A DNA stretch of 38,195 bases from Octopus bimaculoides (GCF_001194135.2 NC_068984.1:139620632-139658826); one strand, 5' to 3'. Shown: positions 23,984 to 36,829, counted from the first letter of the stretch. Notes: generated by a model not told the origin, from the letters alone. Numbers and translations are program-made.

Positions 23984-24291
23984 TTTATTAGGGGTTACAT
24001 GTATAGATCAGAACAATTTGATTCAAAATTCGTTGGTACTCCGAGTATCAATTGCCAATGGAAGAGGTTCAGCTTCACGCCTGAAACTCGGAGCACCATA
24101 TATAGAAGCGTTTTGCAATACCCAGTGTTTGAATACTAGTATTTTTAGTTTTAAATTTGCATCACGTGATAAGCTAATTCCAAAACGGTTATTCCTCACT
24201 CTCTACAAGGTTTATTATATTATAGTTTATCTCGTAAAACGCACATACAACCATAAATAATTCCGAAGGTTGCCAAAACAATCGAATTTCA

Positions 24292-24344
24292 TTATCTATA
24301 GACATACATAGATCCATAGACAGACAGACAGACAGACAGGCAGG

Positions 24345-24395
<51 letters not shown>

Positions 24396-24455
24396 TTAGA
24401 TAGATAGATAGATAAATATGTGGACCGTCAGACAGACAGATAGACGAATAGATAA

Positions 24456-24502
<47 letters not shown>

Positions 24503-24504
24503 GC

Positions 24505-24566
<62 letters not shown>

Positions 24567-24592
24567 CAAACAAATGGATTGATTGATTGATA
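24292..24592. repeat. Compound (GACA)n/(GATA)n/(GATT)n microsatellite
   Basis: Read directly from the sequence. Confidence 0.95.
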
Positions 24593-25519
24593 GAATGAGA
24601 ATTTTTTAGAGTGACACCTGGCTCTCTAGATGAATAAATACTTAGCTAGATATGTTATTAAATTTTGGATACAACATTTCGTTTTAGTGTGTCCGATTAA
24701 ATTACATGCCAAGATTTTATTCAACCGATTTAATGTTGCTTTCTATCTTACTTGGCAAAAGGCCACATATGATGTTTGAGGCGGGGAGTCGACTTAATCG
24801 ATCATCACACTAGAGTGGCACTTAGTGTATCGATTACAAAAGAAGACAACTAATAGTCGACTTCTGATTAATAGCTGGAAACAAGAATTTATACATTTAG
24901 CAGCATTGTTCGCAACCAAGAGACTTAAGAATTAATGGCGGATCCAGACTTGTCGTACACATGTAGTTAGGAATATGTACAGCTTACTGATGTGAATAAA
25001 ACAAGCGTAGTTGTTTTATAATTACCGTGTGATTCTTTATCAGATTCGAAATATTGATATCGAGAATTTCCATGGTTTGGTGAAATAAATAGGAAATATG
25101 AACAGTGTATTGTCTCTCAGTTCTATTGAAACTGGCACAAATGTTCCATATGCAAGACTCTATGTGGCTACATACATCATAGTATGATCACACTTCAGTA
25201 TATCATGTCTGCTCCAAAACGAAAATAATAGTTTGTGGTATTATTATAATAGATCACTGAAATTGGGTCGAGTGATTCCAAAATACTAGATCAATTCATT
25301 TTTTTTTAAATGTTGATTATTCATGTCATAAATGAATGTATGAATTAGATCGATTACAAAGTGCGTGTGTGTGGTGTGTGCCTATGTGTGTATAAGCATA
25401 TTTCTCTCTATGTATCTGTGTGTGCGTGCGTGTGTGTTGTTGAGGTGATAAGAATTTTACAAATTTTTGAGAGAAGGTGAAATGTTTGTCTTTGCAAATA
25501 ATCGATCTCCAAGCATACG

Positions 25520-25652
25520 TGACGCTATAAATAGCAGCACGTAAATAATGGGATAGGTGGGTTCGTGTCCCATGGGCAGGTTTTGACATTTTCTATCCAA
25601 AGGAAGTTTGCAATCCAATATTTGCATGGCAATTATCCCATGCAAATATTGG
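25520..25652. promoter_or_regulatory. Candidate cis-regulatory module: TGACG half-site, MEF2/TATA-like CTATAAATAG, and an inverted octamer pair
   Basis: Motifs at 25520-25524 and 25525-25534. A 15-bp perfect inverted repeat (25615-25629 and 25638-25652) contains ATTTGCAT and ATGCAAAT. Confidence 0.35.
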
Positions 25653-26544
25653 GTGGGGTTAATTATAGGTTTACATGCGCTTCGAGAGCCACTAATCCGA
25701 AACAGATACAAGCATATAAGCGAGCGTAAATACATACATACAAAAAATTATATATACATATAAAGGTTTAACGAAAGCGCTCACACTAGAAAAAACCTTT
25801 TTCCCACAAAAGGTTAATAAGTTCCTCATAACAGATTTCATAACATTAATTTTTTTTAAATCACCTTTACACTTATATATATATATATNNNNNNNNNNNN
25901 NNNNNNNNNNNNNNNNNNNNNNNNNNNNNNNNNNNNNNNNNNNNNNNNNNNNNNNNNNNNNNNNNNNNNNNNNNNNNNNNNNNNNNNNNNNNNNNNNNNN
26001 NNNNNNNNNNNNNNNNNNNNNNNNNNNNNNNNNNNNNNNNNNNNNNNNNNNNNNNNNNNNNNNNNNNNNNNNNNNNNNNNNNNNNNNNNNNNNNNNNNNN
26101 NNNNNNNNNNNNNNNNNNNNNNNNNNNNNNNNNNNNNNNNNNNNNNNNNNNNNNNNNNNNNNNNNNNNNNNNNNNNNNNNNNNNNNNNNNNNNNNNNNNN
26201 NNNNNNNNNNNNNNNNNNNNNNNNNNNNNNNNNNNNNNNNNNNNNNNNNNNNNNNNNNNNNNNNNNNNNNNNNNNNNNNNNNNNNNNNNNNNNNNNNNNN
26301 NNNNNNNNNNNNNNNNNNNNNNNNNNNNNNNNNNNNNNNNNNNNNNNNNNNNNNNNNNNNNNNNNNNNNNNNNNNNNNNNNNNNNNNNNNNNNNNNNNNN
26401 NNNNNNNNNNNNNNNNNNNNNNNNNNNNNNNNNNNNNNNNNNNNNNNNNNNNNNNATATATATATATATATATATATACACACAATACATATTTATTATA
26501 TATATATATACTGCTAAAGATGTACCCCATCAGTCATCACTTAC

Positions 26545-26622
26545 CCTCATTATGGAAAGTGAATGACACTTTCTTTTCAATAGAAATAGGTCCACTGACC
26601 CATTTAATGAAATATGAAGGAC
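26545..26622 (-). other. Candidate 78-nt exon (phase 1-1 reading PSYFIKWVSGPISIEKKVSFTFHNE)
   Basis: Acceptor TATTTCATTGCTATTCAG|G, donor AGG|GTAAGT, and length a multiple of 3. No homology recognised. Confidence 0.25.
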
Positions 26623-26997
26623 CTGAATAGCAATGAAATATCAATGGCTCATGACGCTAAATATCATAGCGTTTCATTTCACTATTTAGATGATTGTTGT
26701 TAGAGTAATGAACAGCTCGATACCTTGTAATTTATCTCAGGCAATTAATTTTGCCATAATCTGTTTCTCTTTCTCCCGGGTGGTGAGTATGGAAACACAC
26801 GTCAACGATAAACTAATTACATGCCTAAAGCGACCGGATGCAATATTGTGAGACAACTTAATGGCTAAGTGAAAATAGGCTAGACGATACATTGTTACAT
26901 TTCCGAATTACATTCGGTATTCAAGCCATTCATCTTCAAGATGATTGATTTTTGTTTTGTGGATAATTACTTCACGTTCTTGCATCATGATAAACGA

Positions 26998-27150
26998 AGG
27001 CGGGTATCGACATGCTAGGGTGTTTGCACTCACAAGGATCGTGGTTTCGATTCCCGAAACGGGCGGTGGGTGTTGTTGTTTTTTTTTTTTACTAAATCAC
27101 CTGCATTCCAGTTGCATCACTCCATTCAGTTCTAAATGAGTAATCCTGCT
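26998..27150 (+). mobile_element. SINE family C-like, strongly degenerate
   Basis: TAGGGTG..GGATCGTGGTTTCGATTCCC..TAAATGAGTAATCCTGC. Confidence 0.6.
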
Positions 27151-27399
27151 CCGTTCGGAGAATATGTTGTTCTCTTCGTTATGTTTTTGCGATGGAAACC
27201 GGTTGACCGGTACTACGGTTCTTCAGAATCGAGAGAGTAAGGCCCAGGGTTGATGACGCTGATGACATCATGGCAAAATAGCATCTGTAATATCGTGGAA
27301 TCGATTTAAGGTTTGCTCCTTTTATGCAATTTCTGTTCGAGGATAAAAATACCAACTGAAGACCACCTCTCTAGAAGACCGCAGTTTGTGATCTCCGTA

Positions 27400-27782
27400 T
27401 TGTTGTTGTTGGCACTCCGTCGCTTACGACGTCGAGGGTTCCAGTTGATCCGATCAACGAAACAGCCTGCTCGTGAAATTAACGTGCAAGTGGTTGAGCA
27501 CTCCATAGACACGTGTACCCTTAACGTAGATTTCAGGGATATTCAGCGTGACACAGTGTGACAAGGCTGACCCTATGAATTAAAGGCACAACAGAAACAG
27601 GAAGTAAGAGAAAGTTGTGGTGGAAGAGTACAGCAGGGTTCGCCACCATCCCCTGCCGGAGCCTCGTGGAGCTTTAGGTGTTTTCGCTCAATAAACACTC
27701 ACAACGCCCGGTCTAGGAATCGAAACCGCGATCCTATGACTGCGAGTCCGCTGCCCTAACCACTGGGCCATTGCACCTCCAC
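27400..27782 (-). mobile_element. SINE family B, full length, with a perfect 13-bp TSD
   Basis: TSD TGTGATCTCCGTA at 27387-27399 and 27783-27795, a tRNA-like head, and a (CAA)n tail on the minus strand. Confidence 0.97.
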
Positions 27783-29209
27783 TGTGATCTCCGTACTAAA
27801 AGAAATTATTTACATCCTCCTACTTCTAATTTACATTCTGCTACTTCAACAGCCCCAGTTACTTATTCCACCTGTGGTTAATGTTTTCTCATAAATATAT
27901 ACATCAAAGTGGTTGAGAAATTATGTTTTAAAATAAAAGCTTAAGCCGTGGTGACTTGAATTTTAAGTACAGGAATAACGGGAGTCATAACAATTGCCAA
28001 CTTATGAACACGTGGCGTTATTTGTTTTTTCAGCTGAATAAAAAGTGAGTGAGATTATATCTAAATTTGAGCATATTAGCTTTTAGAACAATATATGAGG
28101 TCGACATACTTTTAGCATCTCCTGTTGCTTGAAATACAATATGTTGAAATTTACGGTCGATATAGCAATCATTATTATTAATATAGTTAAAAGAACGATA
28201 TTTTAAAGACTGGAGATGCGAGGGTAATGCTGTGCAATGTTTGTTGTGGAATAGAATATGAGATTTTAATGTAATTGTTCAATATTTCGTAATAATTGAG
28301 TTATAAAAGGAGAATAGTTAATAAGTGTGTAATCCCACAGACAAACCCACAGACGCGACACAACCACAAACGTTCATACACAAACATACATATATTTGTG
28401 ATTTAAAAAAAAAATCAGGAGGCTCTCTTGATACGATCACAAAATTTCGTGAAAGGATTTTCTTAAATCAAGACTTGATTATATAAAAAAAGTTGGAATA
28501 TTATTTTATATAATTATTGTTATATTTGGCGACAGTAATTTTGGGCCAAATACGTAAATGTAATTTATATAATTAATAATTGTTAAAGTAAATCTCTTTA
28601 CGCAATACTCCGACTGTAACAAGAAAGCTAAATATCAAAATATATGTGGCTACATATGTGTTTGGCGTGGATACACAAATACGAACGTGTAACCTAAAAG
28701 GAAACAACCACTCGCTATCAAAGGGAGATTCCCATTGCATATCGGGAAGTCGATATTTACTAAAATTTTCACCTTTCCGATAATCTGACAGCAGATGGGT
28801 TTTGAAAGAAGAAATCCTATATTTCAAACGTACAGGAAGAACTGTACACTAAAGTGATTGCCTGGAGGATAATAGTTGAAAAGAAAAATAAATAAATATA
28901 GGATAATAAAACAGAGACAGTTATGAACAGTAAAGATTTAAAAAATTAAGCATAGTTATAACAAGTGAGATGTTTAGAACGAAGATAAAATTTGTTCGCT
29001 CGTATTCCCTGCTTATCAATTTTAATTAAACATTAAACTTAAATGGAAAATTATATGAATACGAAATTAGTCCCTCAATATTAAGTATCACAGCCGATGT
29101 ATGCACACGAATGTGCATATTCATTCCTGCGTGAAATAGTAGATTCTTATGAATAAAATTTACTCAGAAACATAATTTTCTATTGACATCACTTAGCAGA
29201 CACATGACT

Positions 29210-29500
29210 TCATGTTCGGTTCCAATACGCATCAGATTGGGTAAGTGTCCTCTAATCAAATTCCAGACCAACCAACGTAATTAAATCTGGTGGACGGAGA
29301 TTCTATAGAAGCCGACATAGGAATTTATAAATATTCAAGATAATATATCGGGTGACCCCCTTCCGTCATGAAGGACCATGGAATTGCACCTAGAAAGTTA
29401 CACTTCGAGCCACATGTCTGGGCAAAGTTTCTTTATGGAAGACCAGTAGTAACCCATGCATACTAGCCGCCCCCTCTCCACGCCACCGATGTTATCTAAG
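29210..29500. mobile_element. Degenerate family D head (+, 29210-29330) followed by a family E tail fragment (29348-29500)
   Basis: Similar by eye to 4130-4240 and to 14345-14490. Confidence 0.65.
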
Positions 29501-30769
29501 AGATATATAATTGCATTCACCTGTTTATAGGTGTTTCGGCTATAATAAATGCTGTAGCAACAAGTGACTGACAATGTAACCTAGCCTCATCAGAGCCCTG
29601 ATATATTCCATTTAGCGGATACAGATATAAAATAATGAGTGAAATTGCGTTACCCCTGTTGGATTTTACTCATGTATTTATATGTAAATACTATGCTCCA
29701 TTAATATGGATTTTGTTGCACATGGCACTTATGCTTATTGTTTGCATTTGTTTTGCTCATTTCGATATATCTAATATGGCATTGGAAAACGGAGAGAAGT
29801 GCTACGATCACTTCTTCGGAGCAATGGAGTTGCCTGAATCTCTGTCAGATAGCTAATGATGCGGGTCTCTAAATGAATGATATTAACCTAAAAGTTTGTA
29901 TCAGTTAAGTATATGTATATTTAAACAAATACTGATCGAAATATAGAACGTCACGCTTTACGAAGCATGAAAACAGCAATGATCGGTGTAATCATATCTG
30001 CCACGTAATAAATTTCACGAACCACATTTATATTTTTTCATTATGCTTTATAAGCCATCATATTTTATCGGCCCCAAACCTCCAATCTCAAACAATACAA
30101 TATGGCGTGAATAGCCATTGGTTGCGAAGATCATATCATATTCTGTATTATAGTTGAATTGTTTTTTAAAGGTTATTATCGCCTGAATAGTTTCCAAATT
30201 ATTGGTTTCTAAACATGAGAGAATTATCTTGTATCCATTGAACATTTCAGGCGGTTTCAACGAAGTGACTAAGAGAATTATAAAATATTTTATCAGCGCA
30301 GCAATGTCCATTAACGTTATAAAATTAATTAAACGGATTGTAATAATTAGATGCTCTATTGTCACTTTGATACTTTGCCTTTGTGCTGATATTTATATTG
30401 CAATTCCAATCAAATCTGTGCATAATAATTTTGATACATTAATACTGAAAAGGGAAAACTGAGAGTTGGTTAATTGCTATGAGGTGTTTGGCTACTCTGA
30501 AGTGTTTTTGGACATGTTGATGAAAGTCCTGTGACGAATACTGCCTCTAATCCTTCTTTAATTAACAAAGCAGATCTAACTTTTGCTAGCCAATGCTGCT
30601 GTATGAGTTATATTGGGAGGCACCACGATATAGTCGGGACTCGCACATTAAGTATCAATTACTACCACAATTATCGAACGGTCGTACGATATCCTCAATC
30701 AAAGTTACTATGCCGTTAACTATGTTCTTATGTATGTCTTTGTTAGGCATTAAGCTGACAAAATCGTCA

Positions 30770-31268
30770 GCACCATCCATCTATCCATCAACCTTCTCCG
30801 CCCACTATTTTGGAGAAGGTCCTGGGTGTAAAATCCTTAGGCACTTCCTCAATATGGTCCTATAAGAATCAACGTTCATTAGAAGTTCCGCTTGAATTCT
30901 CAAACGTGACCAGCCGGACTATAAATATTATCTACTATCTTGTTCTTGAATTTTACTCCTTGGTCTCTGACCTGTCGGCACGGCTTGAACAATCCCTCTG
31001 GCAATTCTTTCCTGCGTAATTCTAATCACATGTCTGTAGTACCGGAGTAGAAACCACTTAATGCAGAGAAGTAGAGGGCTGGTTTGCTGAGAATCCCTGA
31101 TATTAGAGCTTTGAATGCCGTTGAGTAACGTTATTCCAGGAATCCTTCGCAGTATCTCCATTTCGGTTACTTGTATTCACGATTCTACTCTTTCGGTCAT
31201 TACACACAATTCGTGACCGTGGATGGCGATAGGCACGAAAACGCATCTGAATATAGCGTGATGGGCGG
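30770..31268 (-). pseudogene. Decayed RTE-clade LINE ORF2 3' end with a (GGAT)n-like tail
   Basis: The translation IFRCVFVPIAIHGHELCVMTERVES*IQVTEMEILRRIPGITLLNGIQSSNIR..LLRYYRHVIR..ERIARGIVQAVPTGQRPR matches the RTE C-terminal pattern YGHELW-MT..EM-FLRR-AG..RW-GHV-R..P-G-RPRGRP. Confidence 0.88.
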
Positions 31269-31472
31269 CTTTTTTTTATCAACCTCTCATTTTCTGAGAT
31301 CCGAATGCTTGAGCTGGCGCGTTACTATGCCAACACCTACAACTCTATCAATCACTGGGGTCGATGTAATTGTCTATCCCCTTCTCTTCTTAAATGTCAG
31401 GACTTGTACCTATATTAGAAATTCTTAGGTATTTCACAATCATGAATGATTTTATAATTCATTACTCTTAAA

Positions 31473-31999
31473 TGTGGAGGCGTACGGCTCAGTGGTTAGG
31501 GTGTGGCACTCACCATTGCAAGATCGTAGGGTCGATTCCTGGGCCGGACGGCGTGCTGTGTTCTTGACCAAAATATTGGATTGTCCGGAAAGGGCGTGCC
31601 GATTTAAAGTAGCTTACCTTTTGACTTATTTGCAATGAAACAACTTCAATTCTAGGAGGATGGTATTTTCAAGTTAAAGGTAAGATGGAGACGCATTGTG
31701 CAACAAAATGGTTCATATTTGGTTGATTAAAAATGTAATGGCAAATATTTATTGACCTTTTTCTTTCCTTTAAAAATCGGCACGAACTTTCCGGACAACC
31801 CAATATTTTATTTCACGTTGCTCCAGTCCTGTCAATTGGTAACGGATAACTCTGCAAAAGAATTGTCTTCCGATCAAGGGGAATGTTGACCTGCTCACCT
31901 AGCCAGCGACGTGGTATCATTCGAAGGCTTAAACATTACGAAGCGCATTGTGACCAGCGATGTACAACAACATTCAATTGTCCGGTCAATTCCGTTATA
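31473..31999 (+). mobile_element. SINE with a family C head and an alternative tail, interrupted by a mariner MITE
   Basis: Head GTGGAGGCGTACGGCTCAGTGGTTAGGG. The body resumes as TTTATTTCACGTTGCTCCAGTCC after 31805. Confidence 0.85.
31576..31803. mobile_element. Mariner MITE nested in the SINE, with TA TSD
   Basis: TIRs TTGGATTGTCCGGAAAGGGCGTGCCGATTT and AAATCGGCACGAACTTTCCGGACAACCCAA, with TA at 31574-31575 and 31804-31805. Confidence 0.92.
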
Positions 32000-32731
32000 C
32001 TGTGGCATATTAGATAATTACAAGCTTTGACACTTCGCAACGAATTCGATAGTGTTCCTTGACTACAGGAACTTACCATGTTTTTCAACAAAGCAGAATA
32101 GAAGCACTATATTAAGAACGGGCGATTACGGATGTTGCTTCATTTTATGAGTCATTAAATATAAAGATGCATTTAATAATCTCTTACGGAAAGGTACATT
32201 CGTAAGCTACTTCTGTTTGCAAATCTCATTTTAGCAATATCGCTAACAATGTAATTATTTCATCATGAATTGCGATATAAAATTTCAAGCTGACTTGTAT
32301 AAAATATTAACTATTTACACAACACAAGAAGCCCTGAAATCAACACCGTGAATTTACGCATTTACATCAAATCGAAGACTTTCATCTTCGTCGAACGCCA
32401 AATTTAATGATTGGACTTATACGAGGCTTTTGTGATAAATATTCATAAAACTGTTGCTTGTCCGACCTATGAGCGTTGAACATATTTAACTGAATTCAAA
32501 CAAAAGATTTCATACAATTTCACAAAGAAAAAGATGTAACAAGCTAATTATACTGGAATATTTTTCCTTGCAATCTATAATTTATGACAGAATTAATTCT
32601 GCTGGAATGGTTTTCAATGCAGCTATGCAATTTATTTGTTATCCCTTGTCAACACTTAGACATTTTTTTATTTTTTTTACTTCTTATAATTGGCGAACAG
32701 ATTATTTATTCTGTTGCAGAATATTTCCATC

Positions 32732-33033
32732 TGGAGGCACGTGGCTCAGTGGTTAGGGTGTCAGCACCATGATCGTAAGATTGTGGTTTCGATTCCGGGA
32801 CCGGGGCGACGCGTTGTGTTCTTGAGCAAAACACTTCATTTCACGCTGNNNNNNNNNNGGGACCGGGGCGACGCGTTGTGTTCTTGAGCAAAACACTTCA
32901 TTTCACGCTGCTCCAGTCCACTCAGCTGACAAAAATGAGTAACGCTGCGATGGACTGGCGTCCCGTCTACCCGGGGAACACATACGCCATTGAAACCGGG
33001 AAACCGGGCCCATGAGCCTGGCTAGACTTTAAT
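32732..33033 (+). mobile_element. SINE family C, full length, with a 10-N gap and a 52-nt artefactual duplication
   Basis: Nearly identical to 13648-13910. 32797-32848 is repeated at 32859-32910. Confidence 0.92.
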
Positions 33034-33100
33034 AACGAACGAAATGCCGCTAAACATTTTTTGCCCGGCGTTCTAACGATTCTGCCATTTAGCGACTTAA
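33031..33100 (-). mobile_element. SINE family A, 5' fragment
   Basis: The reverse complement reads TGGCAGAATCGTTAGAACGCCGGGCAAAAAATGTTTAGCGGCATTTCG. Confidence 0.8.
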
Positions 33101-34526
33101 TAATAATAATAATAATAATAATGATGCTTGGACTCTCACAATGTGCTACGATGGCTTCTGATCTCCCTTTGATAGCATGCTCTGCTCTCTCACTTAATAA
33201 AGGCTGGATAAAGTTCGATGAATTATAATGTAAGTTAAATAATGGATTTACAAATGCGATGTGATGTGTAACAGACATATTACATAAATACGAAAGTGAG
33301 AATGAAATACGTTTCTTTATTAAAAGCATGGACAAATAAGAATGTATAAGAAAACATACATTTACAACGAATATATGTAATAAAATATAATAAAACACTA
33401 CTCGTCGAGGAAAAACGGCCCTTCAGTTAATCACGATGTTCTATGTTCCTGAGTAAGAAACATTTATACTTACACGCAGTATTTTTCATAGCCAGGGCAG
33501 TGAGAGTCTGCAGTGAATAAATCGTTGATTATCAAGGTTAAGCGAGAAACAACAGCCTTGGGACCGTTGATATATAATCTCATAATGAGTACCTGAAATT
33601 CTAACAAATATTCTGTCTTTTTTGTTAGATTTGAATCATGATTCCATATTTGTGTTTCATATCATTATCTCTCAATGAAATATTTGTGAAGATATCGTAA
33701 AATAGTATTGTTTCAATTCAATCACAGATTTAAATATAGTTTTGTAAACATTGATTAGACAGAGAACGAAAGGCAGATATGTAAGCAACAGGTTACGAAA
33801 AAATATTACAAACACATCATGGGAATATATAATCACATTTAAATAAGAAAAATAAGATTACATATGGCAATGAGAAAGAAGAGTTATGAACATTGTTAAA
33901 ATATTCTACCTCAAATTTGACATAACTATTACATTTGGCGCAAATGCTAAGACTTAGGGTGTCACCTGAAAATAAAGAATTAACTACGAAACGAAGAACA
34001 ATGGAAAACTTAGATGAATAGTTCTGAAATATCAACGAATCACTGTTTTCTGCCTTCATGAAAAACCAGCGAATATTTAAAAAAAAAAAGGATGAATTAA
34101 CATGAACAGGGAGAAAATACAATAGAATTTTTATAGAATTACAAAACTATATTAAAAGCGAATCTTCGGAATATTATTTTAAAACAATAACACGAAGTTA
34201 TTACATTATCAATACCTTGGACGTTTCAACAGGTGGAAAAATTAACGACCATATTCGGTAATGGTTAAGAAGCTTTTTTTAACCAGAAACGAGATTGAAA
34301 ACCTTTCATTGGAATACGTAATCAAGAAGTATTCACCGACTTAGAAAAGCGCTTGAGAGGCAGTTTACGATTAGTAATTACAGAATATCTGGATATTGTT
34401 ACAAACAATTAATGATATCATCTACGGATATGATATTCATGTTAGATTTCGGGCAGCGTATTTTAAATAATCATAACTGTTCTTTTCTTTCCGATAGTGA
34501 AGCTAATTTATCGCTGCATTTTATTA

Positions 34527-34875
34527 TCTTCATCATCATCATCATCTAGTGTTTTAAATCCCGGTTTTGTCCCCGTTAATAGGGGTGGCCGGATCTACCT
34601 CAATGCCATAGCAATCGAGGTAGGCAGATGCAGCTCACTCCAACGTTTATGCTGGCTGGTGCTCATTTTCCTTTGCTATCATGAGGCTTTCTTTTTTGAC
34701 CTGGATTTTCTGCGGCGAGCATGCCTTTACTTACACCCAACCTCAGTTTCTAGAAACGAGTAGTCTGTAGACCAAGGCCTCTACCACGATTTTGAAGAAA
34801 TGTTGTGGAAAACTAGCTTAGAAAGGCAGGGAAGATACTCCCTGAGACCCCTTTCAGAGCCATCCTACCTATCAT
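34527..34875 (-). mobile_element. Probable LINE 3' end/UTR with a (GAT)n tail
   Basis: GC-richer segment ending on the minus strand in ACTAGATGATGATGATGATGAAG. Family not determined. Confidence 0.45.
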
Positions 34876-35007
34876 GGATTGAAAAATAAAATGCCGGCAT
34901 CAGGTTTTTGGAATCGTATATAAAAAAAAAAACGAAGCATCAAATTAGCATTTAGCGTGCGTCATTATACTTGGACATATACAAAGAAATAATATATGAG
35001 ACTGGTT

Positions 35008-35133
35008 TTAAACTTTTGCACAAGGCCAGCAATTTTTTTTGCATGGGTATGTCAATGTTATCGACGCCAGTGTTCAACTGGTACTTATTTTACCGACTCC
35101 GAAATAATGAATGGCAAAGTTGACTTCGGCGGC
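35008..35133 (-). mobile_element. SINE family A, 3' part
   Basis: The reverse complement contains CCGCCGAAGTCAACTTTGCC..AAATAAGTACCAGTTG..GGCCTTGTGC. Confidence 0.8.
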
Positions 35134-36217
35134 ACAATTGATATATGATATCAAATGACATGACACAAATGCTATTTACAGTCACATATATGACTTTTCA
35201 AACTGAAAAATACCTTTCATGATAGCAATCTGTGTATCATCACCTTAATGAGGATACATCACGGAAAGCCTAATTAACTGCGGCATTCGTCCGGAGGTAA
35301 TAATTAAATAACGCCAAAAAACTATATCGGCAGAAGACAAAAACGCCCTGCAGCGGTGGCGGTATTCCTAGATGCGCATTTTGACCGTACCGCAATTAAT
35401 TAATCTTTCTTATGAAGTATTTCCACTAACTATGATACACAGATTACTATTTTAACTAAAACTCCTTTGCTGCACAAAGTAAATAATTCATGATATTTGA
35501 AGTATGATAAAAAGAAACGTAGAAATCATTAATGCTTAAGCGAAAACGCTCTACATCAGGATCGAACATTAATATATTAACGGTGTATATGGAAAGAACT
35601 TAAGTTAGCTGATTCGATATTTGTGATAAGCAATTATAAAGATATGCCTCTATGTTGCTAATATGTTCATGGATTATATTATGCAATAGATATCTAACTC
35701 TGACATGAAAGAAATTATATATTATTCCATTTTGCTTTAGAACTAACAGTCTGGCCACCAGCAAACATGTACATTAATAGACATGTCTAAATTTCCAGTG
35801 AACAAGATGGTGGCTAGATGCATCTGAAAACTGCTAGAAACCTCTTCCAAATGTCACTTGCATTAGTGGTAAGCTCGTGAAAAAGAACGCCATGTTTGAT
35901 AATCTCGTCCAAGGCATACTATACCTGACAACAATAGTGACGGGGAACGCAAGAACGCTTTTGCTCACATGTCTCCGAGATCAATTATAATCCAATATTT
36001 AACAGCAATGAAAGTAACAATTCAAGATCTTACAGTTGAATGTATTATATAATCTTTAAATGTAGCTAAATTCCTGAAGCATTAAACTATATTATAAATT
36101 AAGCTATCCTGAAGTAGTTCCTGCATAGTATACACTTAGGAAAAATAATGAAATTAAAGAAATTTCGGGTGAATAGATTCAGGAATATAAAACAGGTGAT
36201 ACTGATAATATATGCTC

Positions 36218-36374
36218 AAGCGTGGCTGTGTGGTAAGAAGTTTGCATCCGAAACACCGGGTTCGCTCTTACTGCGTGGCACCATGGGCAACTGTTTTCTG
36301 CTATAGCCACGAGCCGATCAAAGCCTTGCAAATGGATTTGGTAGACAGAAACTAAAAGAATCCTGTCATGTATA
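36218..36374 (+). mobile_element. SINE family D head
   Basis: GTGGCTGTGTGGTAAGAAG..CTGCGTGGCACC..GGATTTGGTAGACAGAAACT. Confidence 0.85.
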
Positions 36375-36477
36375 TCAAAATCCATGCCCAGTTGCCGACG
36401 CTTCGATTTATTGTCGTAAGGTTTTTTCTGTCTCCTACCCGTTGACCTGTCTGGCCTGGTAAGATCTGCCTGCAGAT

Positions 36478-36795
36478 TTCTTCTTCTTCTTCTTCTTCTT
36501 CTTCTTCTTCTTCTTCTTCTTNNNNNNNNNNNNNNNNNNNNNNNNNNNNNNNNNNNNNNNNNNNNNNNNNNNNNNNNNNNNNNNNNNNNNNNNNNNNNNN
36601 NNNNNNNNNNNNNNNNNNNNNNNNNNNNNNNNNNNNNNNNNNNNNNNNNNNNNNNNNNNNNNNNNNNNNNNNNNNNNNNNNNNNNNNNNNNNNNNNNNNN
36701 NNNNNNNNNNNNNNNNNNNNNNNNNNNNNNNNNNNNNNNNNNNNNNNNNNNNNNNNNNNNNNNNNNNNNNTCTTCTCATTACTATTATTATTATT

Positions 36796-36829
<34 letters not shown>

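Noticed and set aside
24775-24870. Possible minus-strand SINE family A relic
   Set aside because: Only short word matches, too decayed to delimit.
29635-29856. 73-aa ORF with a hydrophobic stretch (also 28573-28827, 30048-30462)
   Set aside because: Length and composition are as expected by chance in AT-rich DNA, with no splice or homology support.
32797-32910. 52-nt direct repeat around a 10-N gap
   Set aside because: Typical unmerged contig overlap; the paralogue at 13648 has a single copy.
35741-35868. Plus-strand exon-like unit (TTTGCTTTAG|..GTG|GTAAGC)
   Set aside because: There are stops in all three frames. It could only be a UTR or lncRNA exon, and it has no other support.
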